Counted from the first letter of the stretch, positions 1 to 10,602 are shown. The stretch: 64,000 nucleotides of DNA from Candidatus Latescibacterota bacterium (GCA_965221775.1 CBDCSU010000006.1:2112001-2176000), one strand, 5' to 3'. Notes: a model not told the origin generated them from the letters alone. Numbers and translations: made by a program.

Positions 1-542
1 GGCCAGGGGAAGGTCCGGTCCCCCTCGAAGATGATCTTCTGCCGGAAGGGGTAGTCGTAGTGGACGCAGTAGCCCGGGTAGACCTCGGCGAAGCGCGACA
101 GGATCAGGGCGGCGCGGCGGGCGGGGAGGGGGTCGCCGGTGGCGGCGTGGAGACGCGCCAGATCCAGGGCGCGGCGGGCGAAGTACTCGCGGGCCTCGAA
201 CCAGGCCTTGGCGCGGAAGAAGTGGCGGTAGCCGTCGGCGTCGGCCCAGTAGGGATACTCCTGCACCTGGCCCAGGGGGTTCGTGACCCGCAGGGTATCG
301 CCGTCGGGGTAGGTGTCGTTGGGGTAGCGGATGCCGCAGAACCGGCAGTGGACCTCGCGGGGGCGCTCGATCGTCCAGGCGAGCTGGTTCTCCTGGGTGC
401 CGCCGTCGCAGTTGGGGCAGCCGGTGAAGCGCAGCCCCGCCCGCTCGGGGATCAGGGCGAGCAGCTCCGCCTCCGACAGGGCCAGGACGGGCTGCACGGC
501 CGCTCTCAGCCGGTCGTCCGCGTCTGTGGCGGCTGCCATCAT
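1..542 (-). CDS. N-terminal part of an uncharacterised protein, possibly heparinase II/III or alginate-lyase-like (runs off window start)
   Basis: Manual minus-strand translation from ATG 542 is open to position 1: MMAAATDADDRLRAAV...GCPNCDGG...HCRFCG...AALILSRFAEVYPGY. It has two CxxC pairs and a lyase-like helical segment. Confidence 0.55.
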   Translation of the reverse strand, partial: MMAAATDADDRLRAAVQPVLALSEAELLALIPERAGLRFTGCPNCDGGTQENQLAWTIERPREVHCRFCGIRYPNDTYPDGDTLRVTNPLGQVQEYPYWADADGYRHFFRAKAWFEAREYFARRALDLARLHAATGDPLPARRAALILSRFAEVYPGYCVHYDYPFRQKIIFEGDRTFPW

Positions 543-653
543 CAAGCCGGTCAGGATCGCCGCATGTGATCGGGGGAACCGCATCCGGTGCGGGTAGAAT
601 ACGAAGACGGGGGGCTACCCCGGGGTGCCCGCGGACAGGGTGGGGCGAAGAAG

Positions 654-689
654 GAGGGGGTGCCGGCGATCGATGCCCGGCACCCCCTC
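654..689 (-). terminator. Intrinsic terminator-like hairpin
   Basis: Perfect 13-bp inverted repeat GAGGGGGTGCCGG/CCGGCACCCCCTC with a 10-nt loop, followed on the minus strand by CTTCTT, just after the stop of 703-990. Confidence 0.65.
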
Positions 690-702
690 GGGGAACCACC
701 TC

Positions 703-990
703 TCAGGCGGCCTTGCGGCTATGGCCTCGGCGCATCTCCCACCATGCTTCCCACCACAGGATCGACAAGGCAACTGTCAGGCCGGCCCACTTGCAGAATG
801 CTGGCCACCATGGGCGGGTGGAGACCTCGGTCTCTGGCTGGACCGCGAGAGCGGGTCGATGGGACGGCTCGTCCGAAGCAAGAGTCCAGACTTCCCCTTC
901 ATCGTCGACGCACGCGAATCCAAATCCGTCACCAGCTGGCGGACAGGATTCCTTGACCTCCTCCATGTACTCAGGCATGCGCTTTTCCAT
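703..990 (-). CDS. Small hypothetical membrane protein (95 aa)
   Basis: Acidic N-terminus and a Trp-rich C-terminal TM segment. ATG lies 1 nt after the upstream stop at 992, and a terminator follows. Confidence 0.5.
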   Translation of the reverse strand: MEKRMPEYMEEVKESCPPAGDGFGFACVDDEGEVWTLASDEPSHRPALAVQPETEVSTRPWWPAFCKWAGLTVALSILWWEAWWEMRRGHSRKAA

Positions 991-991
991 T

Positions 992-1271
992 TCAGGCCTC
1001 CATCCTGCGGTCCCGCTCGCAGTCCAAGGCTAGTGCCGCAGCATCAAGGAGGTCGGATCTTCGCCTGCGAGCTGCGATCAGAGCCATTTCGAGGGCCCGA
1101 ACGCGCTCGTCGGCAAGAGCCAACTCATCTTGGGGGAGGATCCTCGGGGGTGTAGAGGACACCGCCCCGATCCGGGTAGTTCCGGGCGGCACGTCGGATG
1201 AGCTGGGCCATGCGCTCCCTGTCGAGCCGAGACTTGCGATGCGAATGGCCTGCTTGATTCCCAAACACCAT
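992..1271 (-). pseudogene. Small hypothetical protein split by an apparent 1-nt indel in a homopolymer
   Basis: GGGAGG RBS before ATG 1271 (MVFGNQ...YTPEDPP). Removing one base of the G5 run at 1132-1136 joins it to QDELALADERVRALEMAL...MEA* ending at 992. Confidence 0.4.
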
Positions 1272-1593
1272 TTCTTGCCTCCCTTGGCAAGGGGGGAACC
1301 CCGTTGCGAGTCGATCCCGCGCCGAGAATGATCGCTCGGACACAAGATATTGTGCCGGGCACGCCTAGAAGATACGCCCAGAGGGGCTTAAGGTCCGACC
1401 TTTTTCTCAAGATCCGTTGCCAGAAAGTCCTCTCCCAAGCGGCCAGGCTCCGTGTCGCCGTGTTGCCGTGTCTGCGCGGACTAACAGCCGAGGTCATCCG
1501 GGCGCCTGAACTGCGAGGGGGCCAGTTCGAGGAGGTATATTCCCTTGCATGGTCTTTGTCGATTCTCCCAACCACCCCCCAGGCACCTGATCC

Positions 1594-2148
1594 ATGTCGA
1601 TCCTCGAGCCACGGACCCGCCCGTTGCGCGACGGAAGCCAGGCCGTGATCCGCTCCGCCCGGCGGGAGGACGCCGAGGCCCTCGTCAGCCTCTACCGGGA
1701 GATCATCGCCGAGGGGCGCTGGACCCTGGCCCGGGCGGACGAGCGGCAGCCCAAGGCCGAGGACGAAGCCGGCGAGATCGACCGGCTCAACGCCGCCGGC
1801 GGCTCCCTCTACCTGGTCGCCTGTGATGGGTCGCGGATCCTGGGCACGGCCCGGGCCGAGGAGGGCGGCTTCCGGCGCACGGCCCACTTCGCCGACGTGC
1901 ACTCCGTCTGGGTCCGCCGGGACCGCCGCGGGGCCGGCGTCGCCGACGCCCTCATGCAAGCCCTGGTCGACTGGGCCCGCGCTTCTCGGCAGATCGAGAA
2001 GCTGGGGCTCTTCGTGTTCTCCACCAGCGAGGCGGCGATCGCTCTCTACAAGAAGCACGGATTCGTCGAGGAGGGCCGCTCCGCCCGGGACATCCGGTTC
2101 GAGGACGGGAGCTACGCCGACACCGTGATCCTCGGGATGCAGCCGTGA
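1594..2148 (+). CDS. GNAT family N-acetyltransferase
   Basis: Motif A (VWVRRDRRGAGVA) and motif B (AIALYKKHGF). Confidence 0.9.
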   Translation: MSILEPRTRPLRDGSQAVIRSARREDAEALVSLYREIIAEGRWTLARADERQPKAEDEAGEIDRLNAAGGSLYLVACDGSRILGTARAEEGGFRRTAHFADVHSVWVRRDRRGAGVADALMQALVDWARASRQIEKLGLFVFSTSEAAIALYKKHGFVEEGRSARDIRFEDGSYADTVILGMQP

Positions 2149-3278
2149 GCTGGCAGGTCGCCGAGCGCGTCACGGTCTACCACGAGGCCGGCATGTACGC
2201 CCTCGCCCCCACGGTGACACGCACCCCCGGCGGGGACCTGCTGGTCAGCTTCCAGCGCGCGCCCCACCTCGGCTACGACCACCACGAGCACCCCCTCTTC
2301 CAGGTCCTGGCCTGCCGCTCCGCCGACGAAGGCCGCACCTGGAGCGAGGCGGCCCTGCTGACCGCCGACCCCAGGGGCGGCGTCATGGACCGCGGCCTGC
2401 ACGCCCTGCCCGACGGCAGCCTGTTCCTGCACGCCTCGTGCAACGAGCTGGTCCCCGCCGAGGGCGAGGGGGTGCACGGCCAGCGCTGGATCTCGCGGCC
2501 GGGAAAGCCCTTCTGGGTGCGCTCCCGCGACGACGGCCGCACCTGGACGGCGCCGCGGCGGTTCCCGCCCCTGCCCGACGCCGTCTGGGGGCACCCCGCC
2601 CAGCACTCCGGCGTCTGCCGCAGCGGTCTGCTGGCTCTGCCCGACGGCCGCCTTCTGCTTCCGAGCAAGGCCACCGACCGGCCGGGCGGCGCCTACCCCT
2701 GCTTCGGCATGCTGCGCGTCTCCCGCGACATGGGCCAGACCTGGGAGTACGGCGGCCGCATCGCCGAGGACGAAGTCGCCCACTTCAGCGAGCCCGCCAT
2801 CCACCGCACGCCGTCGGGGCGCATCCTCGTCCTCTTCCGCTGCCACCCGGGGGCCCTGGGTCCCGGCATCCTCCGCGACCAGGGCTTCGACGGACCCGTG
2901 GCGCAGGATCCCCAGTTCGCCCACCGCCTCCTCGCTCTCGTCGAGTCCGACGACGACGGCGCTACCTGGACGCCCTGGCGCCCGACCCGCATCCACGGCA
3001 GCCCGGCGCACCTGCTCGGCCTGAGGGACGGCCGCATCTTCCTCACCGTCGGCACCCGCTGGGAGGGCCAACGGGGCTGCGCCGGCCGGGTCCTCGACCC
3101 CGAGGGCACGGACCTGGAGACGGCGCCGGAGTTCGTCATCGAGGCGGGCGGGCTCAGCCAGGACTGCGGCTACCCCTGGGCGGTGGAGCGGGAGGACGGC
3201 TCCGTCCTCGTCGTCTACTGGCACCACTACGCCGACGGGCACCGCGGCATCGAGGCCGCCGTCGTCGAGGAGAGTTGA
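2145..3278 (+). CDS. BNR/Asp-box sialidase-like (exo-alpha-sialidase family) protein
   Basis: Asp-boxes SADEGRTW, SRDDGRTW, SRDMGQTW, SDDDGATW; DCGYP motif; GTGA overlap with the upstream gene. Confidence 0.85.
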   Translation: MSWQVAERVTVYHEAGMYALAPTVTRTPGGDLLVSFQRAPHLGYDHHEHPLFQVLACRSADEGRTWSEAALLTADPRGGVMDRGLHALPDGSLFLHASCNELVPAEGEGVHGQRWISRPGKPFWVRSRDDGRTWTAPRRFPPLPDAVWGHPAQHSGVCRSGLLALPDGRLLLPSKATDRPGGAYPCFGMLRVSRDMGQTWEYGGRIAEDEVAHFSEPAIHRTPSGRILVLFRCHPGALGPGILRDQGFDGPVAQDPQFAHRLLALVESDDDGATWTPWRPTRIHGSPAHLLGLRDGRIFLTVGTRWEGQRGCAGRVLDPEGTDLETAPEFVIEAGGLSQDCGYPWAVEREDGSVLVVYWHHYADGHRGIEAAVVEES

Positions 3279-3363
3279 GTCGGCGCGGAGGCCGTCTTCG
3301 CGGCTTCGTTGCGCGCGCCGGATCCCCCGGTCGCGCCCGCTGCACAACGAGAGAGGTCCTGAC

Positions 3364-4200
3364 ATGCAACACCACACGATCCAGTACGAGGTGCTGAACA
3401 ACCACAACCCGGACACGGAGACCGGCGGCGGCTGGGAGGTGGAGGTCCATGCCGCGGCCGAGGAGCTGCAGGCCTTCGCGCGGTGCGGCTACCTGGTGCG
3501 GGAGGGGCTCTTCGAGGGCGAGGCCCTGGGGCGGCTGCGGGACGCCCTCGACCGCCTGGAGCAGCGCGAGCGCGAGAAGCGGGACCGCGCCGCCGCGGGA
3601 AAGCAGAGCTGGGGGTTCATCCCGCGGCACCTGATGGACAAGGACGAGGTCTTTCTGGAGCTGCTGAAGTTCCGGCCCCTGCTGTCGATCGCCCAGGCGA
3701 TGATGGGACCGCTGGTGCGCCTGCGGGGGCTGAGCGCCCGCATCAGCTACCCCGGCCGCGAGCACCCGCACCAGACGCCGTGGCACCAGCACCTGCGCGT
3801 GATCTCCAACCCGCGGCCGCCCTGGTTCTCGCAGCCCCACTGCATCGACTGCCTGGTCTACCTCGACGACCTGAACGACGACACGGGGGCCGTCGCCGTG
3901 GTGCCGGAGTCGCACACCTGGCTGGACCGCGCCTCGCCGCGGACCTATGAACCCGCGGCGGGCGAGGTGGAGCTGCGCGTCAAGGCCGGCGGCGGCGTGC
4001 TCATCCACGGCAACCTCTGGCACCGCGCCCTGCCGACGCTGAGGGCCAAGCGCCGCATGCTGATCCTCAGCTACACGCCGTCGTGGCTGCGGGCCTCGCC
4101 ACACAGCGGTCCGCAGCCGGAGCACGGGTTGACGCGGGGCTTCCTGGAGGAGGCGGACTTCGAGGCGCGGATGCTGCTGGGGGTGGGGGGGTATACGTAA
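3364..4200 (+). CDS. Phytanoyl-CoA dioxygenase (PhyH) family Fe(II)/2OG oxygenase
   Basis: GYLV, TPWHQH, YLDD...GAVAVVPESH, LIHGNLWHRA...RR motifs. Confidence 0.85.
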   Translation: MQHHTIQYEVLNNHNPDTETGGGWEVEVHAAAEELQAFARCGYLVREGLFEGEALGRLRDALDRLEQREREKRDRAAAGKQSWGFIPRHLMDKDEVFLELLKFRPLLSIAQAMMGPLVRLRGLSARISYPGREHPHQTPWHQHLRVISNPRPPWFSQPHCIDCLVYLDDLNDDTGAVAVVPESHTWLDRASPRTYEPAAGEVELRVKAGGGVLIHGNLWHRALPTLRAKRRMLILSYTPSWLRASPHSGPQPEHGLTRGFLEEADFEARMLLGVGGYT

Positions 4201-4205
4201 AGGCG

Positions 4206-6485
4206 GTGACGGCAGGTTCTCCCAAAGTGAGCGTCCTCTCGTTCCTGCAGGACAGGCGGCTCGTCTGGCCGGCATACATCCTCGTGATGTGCCTGTTGTC
4301 GGCGCTCTTCTTCGGCAGCCTGAAGGACCACCTGCTCGATGTCCACGACCACGAGACCTTCCAGGACAACATCGCCATCGGAGAGGACTTCTCCTTCTTC
4401 TTCTCTCCGGAGAAACAACAACCCACCGGCCGCCCGGCTGCCGACTTGGTCAAGTACGTCGCCTACGAGATCGGGGGGAACGATCCGGGCTTCTTCCACC
4501 TCCTCGTGGCCGCCGTCCACACCGTGGCCGCTCTTCTCCTGGCGTACCTGTGCTGGCGACTGGGGATGGGCCCCCGGCTGAGTCTGGCGGGTGGACTGCT
4601 GTTCCTGGTCAACGTCGCGCACTTCCAGGCCGTCCACCACATCTCCGCTCTCGACTATCCCCTCGCCCTGGCCCTGGGTCTGGGAGCCTTGCACTGCTAT
4701 GTGACCTGGATGTCGACCCGGCGTTGGGGCTGGCTGCTGGCGTTCCATCTCGCTTCGGTCATCAGCATCGCGGCTCTTGCCGTCATGGTCTTCCTGTGGC
4801 CGTTCTGTCTCTACCTCTCATGGTCCCGGGGAGAGGAGCTGAAGACCGCGGTCCGTCCCCTTCTTCCTCTACTTGTCCTGATGGCGGCGGCGCTGGTCCT
4901 CATCGTGGCCATCACCCCCGGAGAGACCAACGCCGGGCGGGCGATCGGCCTCTACCTGGAGAGGGGAGCGGCGGACAATCTCCGGAGCATGGGGGAGGTT
5001 CTCCTGTGGTTCTCGAGCCGGCTGCTCACAACCGCTCACTGGCTGCTGGTCCCCCTCTACGAGCTGCAGCCCTGGGAGCTGTATGCGGGGGCCGGGGTGC
5101 TCACCGGTCTGGCGGTGCTTGTGTACTGGAGAGGCTCGCCGGGGTCGTTGTGGTCCGTCTGGGTGCTGCTGTCCCTCGTGCCATTCGTGCCCCTGGCCGA
5201 TGCGGAAGCCATCCTCAACAGGGCATCGGGTCCCTCCCGATACCTGTACCTGGCTACCGCGGGCACTTCTCTTCTGCTGGCCTGGGGCCTGGAGGAGGGG
5301 AGTCGGCGGCTCCTGTCCTGGGGGTGGTACCTGCATGGTGTCCTTCTGGCCAGCATCCTGCTCAGCAGCTACCACTATCTCAAAGAGGCCGAAGCTGTTT
5401 CCCTCTATGCCTCGGGGCGGAACTACATCACCCGCGGCGACGTTGACACGGGGGTCGAGCAATTGAAGCGCGCCATCGACCAGGGCCGTGACGCAATCGA
5501 CCTGGAGGATGCGTACGAACGCTTTTTCTACATGGGCATGGGGAAGGAGGGGCACGAGGCCGTTCTCGACGAGGCCCTGGCGGCGTTTCCGAACAACTTG
5601 GCGTTGAACACCTTGAAGCTGGCACACGACTCGATGAAGCCGGATTCACTGCTTTCGAGTCGCGCCAGGAAGCAGCTCGAGGTCTTGAAAGGCCAGGATG
5701 CGGAAGCATCGATTGAAGTGGGATGGGGAAAGCGAATCGTCCTTAACGACAAGGAGACCATCCAGGCGACCAGGCGCTGGCTCGCCGGTTTCTTCCACAA
5801 CACGGGACACAATCTGGGCACGGGATCAGCGAACCTGGAAGATCTGGAGAGGGCGATCCTCGCCTATCGGCGCGCCCTGGAGTTCGATCCTGACAGAACG
5901 GCGACCTACGAGAACCTCGTCAACGCCCTGGCCTCTGCAGGTCGTGAGACAGAAGCCGTTCTGGCTGCTCTCGAGGCGGTGGAGCGGAATCCGGAAGCTA
6001 CCGGGGGATTGCTCATATCCGCTTCCCTTGGACTGCTGGCCTCCGGGAGAGCGGAGGAAGCGATCGTCCACTGTCATCGGGCCTTGAGGAATGGGTCCAC
6101 CACCGAAGCGCAATCCGAGGCAGTCTTCGAGATCTATGCCGGCATTCTGAAGGGCGACTACGGCGAGGTCAGCATCTCGGCCTGCACCCGCATGGGCATG
6201 GATCTGCTGGACGGCGGACGAGCCGAAGACGCGGCTCAAGCCTTCCGCCAGGCGCTGGACCGGGACGCGGCCAACAGCCAGGCCCACTTCGGTCTGGCGT
6301 TGGCGCTCCTTGCGCAGGGGCAGGTGGAGGAAGCGGGAAGGCTCCATGCCGAGGGGGTGGAGCGGTTCGGCCGGGCCGGGGCGAGAGAATCGGGTGCGGT
6401 GGAGGGCCTCCGGCGCCTCATCGCCCGGGGCATCGAGGTGGAGGCGGCCCAGGAGATACTCGCCACGAACTGGCCGGAACGGTGA
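4206..6485 (+). CDS. TMTC-like multi-pass membrane protein with C-terminal TPRs (copy 1)
   Basis: Many TM helices with GRP...FHLL...H, LFLVNVAHFQAV and SRYLY motifs, then TPRs. Start uncertain (GTG 4206 or 4227). Confidence 0.75.
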   Translation: MTAGSPKVSVLSFLQDRRLVWPAYILVMCLLSALFFGSLKDHLLDVHDHETFQDNIAIGEDFSFFFSPEKQQPTGRPAADLVKYVAYEIGGNDPGFFHLLVAAVHTVAALLLAYLCWRLGMGPRLSLAGGLLFLVNVAHFQAVHHISALDYPLALALGLGALHCYVTWMSTRRWGWLLAFHLASVISIAALAVMVFLWPFCLYLSWSRGEELKTAVRPLLPLLVLMAAALVLIVAITPGETNAGRAIGLYLERGAADNLRSMGEVLLWFSSRLLTTAHWLLVPLYELQPWELYAGAGVLTGLAVLVYWRGSPGSLWSVWVLLSLVPFVPLADAEAILNRASGPSRYLYLATAGTSLLLAWGLEEGSRRLLSWGWYLHGVLLASILLSSYHYLKEAEAVSLYASGRNYITRGDVDTGVEQLKRAIDQGRDAIDLEDAYERFFYMGMGKEGHEAVLDEALAAFPNNLALNTLKLAHDSMKPDSLLSSRARKQLEVLKGQDAEASIEVGWGKRIVLNDKETIQATRRWLAGFFHNTGHNLGTGSANLEDLERAILAYRRALEFDPDRTATYENLVNALASAGRETEAVLAALEAVERNPEATGGLLISASLGLLASGRAEEAIVHCHRALRNGSTTEAQSEAVFEIYAGILKGDYGEVSISACTRMGMDLLDGGRAEDAAQAFRQALDRDAANSQAHFGLALALLAQGQVEEAGRLHAEGVERFGRAGARESGAVEGLRRLIARGIEVEAAQEILATNWPER

Positions 6486-8765
6486 GCATGGGTGAACCAC
6501 TATCGACCGGGCCGGCCTACTCGCGGATTGTGAGCAATCGGCGTCTCCTGTGGCCGGGATACGTCGTGGTGATGTGCGTGGTGTCGGCCCTCTTCTTCGG
6601 CAGCCTGAAGGATCATCTGCTCGACATGGACGACCATGAGGCCTTTCAGGACAACATCGGCATGGCCGAGGATTTCTCGTTCTTCCTCTCCTCGGAGAAG
6701 CAACAGCCTGGCGGGCGCCCGCTCGCGGAGCTGATCAAGCTGGCTGGCTATCTGATCTGGGGCAACGACCCAGGATCGTTCCACTTGCTGGTCGTCGCCC
6801 TTCACACTCTTGCAGCGATCCTCTTGGCGATCTTGTTGTGGCACCAAGGGATGGCACTGCGCACGAGCCTTGTTGGTGGACTGCTCTTCCTGGTCAATGT
6901 GGCCCACTTTCGGGCGGTTCACTGGATAGCGGCTATCGAATTTCCCCTTGCTCTGAGTTGCGGCTTGGGAGCCCTGATCTGCTATCAGCACTTTCTCGAG
7001 GATCGGAGATCCCGGTGGTTGTGGGGGTTCTACGGCGGATTGGTCCTCAGCATTGCGGCTCTCTCGGCGATGGCATTTCTGTGGCCTTTCTGCCTCTACT
7101 GGTCCTGGGCGAGGGAGCATGACATCAGAGCCTCGCTGCGCCCACTCCTGCCCCTGCTCCCTGGTTGTTCTGGAGTTGGTTGTCATTGCCGCTCTCACCC
7201 CCAGAGAGAACAGTACTTGGCGCGCCATTGACCAATTCCTGGAGGGTGATCCCTCCAGTCTCTTTCTTGGCACGGGCCGGCTCTTCCTTTGGCTATTGAG
7301 CCGGCTGCTGACCACCGCACACTGGCGGCCCGTCTCTCTGTATGAATTGGAGCATTGGGAGTTCTATGCCGGTGCCGGCGTGCTTGCAGGTCTCGGAGTA
7401 CTGGTGTACTGGAGCCGACTCCCTGTGTCCGTGTGGTCCGTCTGGATACTGCTCTCGATTCTGCCCTTCCTGCCGCTGAATGACGCGTGGATCATCGGCC
7501 GACCAGAGGGACCTTCGCGCCATCTCTACCCTGCCACGGCCGGTACGTCGCTGTTGCTGGCGTGGGGCCTGGAGGAGGGGAGCCGGCGGCTCCTGTCCTG
7601 GGGGCGCTACCTGTATGGTGTCCTTCTGGCCGGCATCCTGCTCAGCAGCTTCTACTATCTCAAAGAGGCCGAAGCTGTTTCCCTCTATTCCGCGGGCAGG
7701 CACTACATCGCCCGCGGCGACTTCGACACGGGAGTCGAGCAGTTGAAGCGCGCTATCGACCAGGGCCGTGACACCATCGATCTGGAGGATGCGTACAAAC
7801 GCATCTGTTACATGGGCATGGGGAAGGAGGGGGCGGAGGACGTTCTGTACGAAGCCTTGGCGGTCTATCCGGGCAACGTGGGGTTGAACGGCCTCAAACT
7901 GGCTCTCGATTCGATGCAGCCGGATTCTGTTCTCGCGAGTCGGGCCCTGCACCAGCTCAGGCTCCTCAAGGGCAAAGAGGCAACCGTGTCCTTGGAGGTG
8001 AGCAAGGGGAAGCACATCCTCATCGAGGGCCGGGGCGTCATCGAGACGACCAGGCGTGGGATCGCGGGGTTCTTCCACAACACGGGGCAGAATCTGGGCA
8101 CGGGATTGGTAGCCTTGGTAGATCTGGACAGGGCGATCCTCGCGTATCGGCGGGCCCTGGAGTTGGATCCGGACCGCATGGTGACTTACGAAGCCCTCGT
8201 CACGGCGCTGCTGGCTTCTGCAGGACGGGAGCCAGAAGCCGTGCGGGTGGCTGCCCAGGCGGTGGAGCGGAGTCCGGATGCTCCCGCTGGATTGCTCATA
8301 ACAGCTTCCTTTGGGCTGTTGGCCTCGAAGAGAGCAGAGGAAGCGATCGTCCACTGTCATCGGGCCTTGAGCAACGGCTCCGCGACGGAGGTGCAATCGG
8401 GGACGGTCTTCAGGATCTACGGCAAAGTTCTGGACGGGGAGTACGGCGAGGTGAGCAGCGCGTCGGCAACCCGGATGGGCATGGATCTGCTGGACGGCGG
8501 ACGAGGCGAAGAGGCGGCTCAAGCCTTCCGGCAGGCGCTGGACCGGGACGCGGCCAACAGCCAGGCCCACTTCGGTCTGGCGTTGGCGCTCCTTGCGCAG
8601 GGGCAGGTGGAGGAAGGGGAGAGGCTCTATGCCGAGGGCGTGGAGAGGTTCGGCGCGGCGAGGGAGGAGTCCGGCGCTGCGGAAGGTCTCCGGCGCCTCA
8701 TCGCCCGGGGTGTCCAGGCGGAGGCGGCGCGGGCGATACTCGCAACCTATTGGCCGGAACAGTGA
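6482..8765 (+). pseudogene. TMTC-like TPR membrane protein copy 2, frameshifted at ~7160
   Basis: ORFs 6482-7231 and 7053-8765 together align with the full length of copy 1. Codon GTC of copy 1 corresponds to a single C at 7160. Confidence 0.8.
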
Positions 8766-8877
8766 GGCATGGCTCGCCAGCTGCCGGCACGGGATGCAGG
8801 TGGGGACCGGAGCCAATCACGGGCGGGGGGAGTTCGCGGTGGCGAGCGTCTACGCGGCGGCCGGCCCAGGCTGCACC

Positions 8878-10116
8878 TCAGTCCAGCCTCCACCGGCGCA
8901 GGTCGGGCGGGTTCGCCCGTTCCCGCCGCAACTCGTAGTCGTAGATCACCCTTCCCAGCTCGGCCAGGAAGGGGAACCCCACCTCGTCGTACTCGTACTC
9001 CCCGTCGTTGAAGATCCCGTTGTCGTTGACCAGCAGGACCGCGGTCAGGAGGAACTCCACGTTCTCCTCCAGGTCGACGACATAGGCGTTGTCCACCATG
9101 TAGCCGTAGGCCAGACCCACCTTGTTGAAGATCCGCACGTTCGCGGGCATGGGGGCCTTGCTGTCGCCGAAGAGGAAGAACTTCACGTAGCTGTCATAGT
9201 AGACCTCCGGGTCGTACCGGGGGTGGGAACACTCCCGGGGCAGCATGGACATGCATCGGTGGAGGAAGGCGGAGTCGTCGGCCCTCAGGTCAAAGCGCCG
9301 GTGGGCGGGCAGGGTCTCGGGGAAGAGGGCGGCTACCAGCAGCTCCTGCAGCACTTCCACCGACATGTAGTTCGATCCGGCGAAGTCCTTCGGCGCCTCC
9401 ACCAGCTCGCCGCCGCGGATGTATCCCTTTCCCTTGAGGATCGGAGCGGGAGAGCGCCAGGTGTGGGGATTCACCAGCATGGGCTGGCGGTGGAGGAGCT
9501 GGTCTCCCCGGTAGAAGGTGAAGGGATTGGTGCGGCGGTTCTCGTCGGCGGATCTGGCCACGGCCAGGCGGTGGGTCAAGCGCGTGTCGTGGTATCTCTT
9601 CTCCCACAGGCCCTCGTTCATGCGCTGCTGGCCGAGGAACTCGTAGAGGCGGTTGTAGGCGTCGTTGTCGCTGACGGCGAAGAGCTTGCGGATGTAGTGG
9701 GCGATGGTGGGCCGCCCGCCGGGGGCGGTGGAGTCCTGGCGCACTGAAGTCTGGCGGCTGTAGGCGCTGTCGATGAGGACCGCCTCGTCCCGGGAGAGTC
9801 CGAGGCGGTTCAGCTTCTCCAGGGCCAGCAGGGCACCGGCCAGCTTGATGGCGCTGGCGGGGTAGAAGTAGGCGCCGGGATCGACCCGGTAGCGATGGCG
9901 GGTGAAACGGGGACGGTTGTCGGCGCCGCGGTCGATCTGCGTGTAGAGGATCTGCAGCTCGTGGCGCTCGGCGTCGGCCAGCACGGGCGCGCAGACGGGA
10001 TTCGCGCGCAGCAACGAGTCGATCAAGGCGGTCCCTTCCGCCGGCGCGGCACCGAAGCAGGCCAGCAGAAAGCCGGCGGTCGCCGCGAGGCGCGCAGTCG
10101 ACAGGAGGGTTGGCAA
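8878..10116 (-). CDS. Secreted class A beta-lactamase-like serine hydrolase
   Basis: Signal peptide; SxxK (ASAIK), SDN and KVG motifs. Confidence 0.8.
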   Translation of the reverse strand: MPTLLSTARLAATAGFLLACFGAAPAEGTALIDSLLRANPVCAPVLADAERHELQILYTQIDRGADNRPRFTRHRYRVDPGAYFYPASAIKLAGALLALEKLNRLGLSRDEAVLIDSAYSRQTSVRQDSTAPGGRPTIAHYIRKLFAVSDNDAYNRLYEFLGQQRMNEGLWEKRYHDTRLTHRLAVARSADENRRTNPFTFYRGDQLLHRQPMLVNPHTWRSPAPILKGKGYIRGGELVEAPKDFAGSNYMSVEVLQELLVAALFPETLPAHRRFDLRADDSAFLHRCMSMLPRECSHPRYDPEVYYDSYVKFFLFGDSKAPMPANVRIFNKVGLAYGYMVDNAYVVDLEENVEFLLTAVLLVNDNGIFNDGEYEYDEVGFPFLAELGRVIYDYELRRERANPPDLRRWRLD

Positions 10117-10160
10117 GGGAGGCCGGTGATGACCGGGATCAGCGAGGCCGGCTCACGTTC

Positions 10161-10346
10161 CTACTGCAATTCCCAGATCTGCACGTTGTGCAGGGGCAGG
10201 TCGAAGGGGTGCTCCCCGTACTCCAGGACCGGTATCCCCTCGGTGTCCGTCCTGACCACGACGTGCAGCCGGTGGGGGGAGACGCCGGTGTCCACGCGCT
10301 GGAGGAACTGCCACTGGTCACCCTCGTGGGAGGTGATTCGCATCAT
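10161..10346 (-). CDS. Small hypothetical protein (61 aa)
   Basis: MMRITSHEGDQWQFLQRV...WELQ, with GC3-rich codon usage in the gap between two genes. Confidence 0.45.
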   Translation of the reverse strand: MMRITSHEGDQWQFLQRVDTGVSPHRLHVVVRTDTEGIPVLEYGEHPFDLPLHNVQIWELQ

Positions 10347-10602
10347 GGTCCACTCGATCGGAGGCCTGGTCGGTGTGCGGCGGGCCGGGGGGCAGGGTGA
10401 AGCTCTCGCCGATGGTGGAGGTGGAGTTCGGGTTCGTGTGGGCCACGAGGACCCAGGTGCCGGAAAAGCAAGGGCCACTCCGAAGAGCGGCCCTTGAGCC
10501 GACAGCACGCTGCCGGCGGGTACCTGCGGGAGGAATCTACAGGCGATCCCCGGGCCGGCAAGTCATGGTCGGCGGCCTCGGTCGCCGCAACGCCTCCTCG
10601 GC

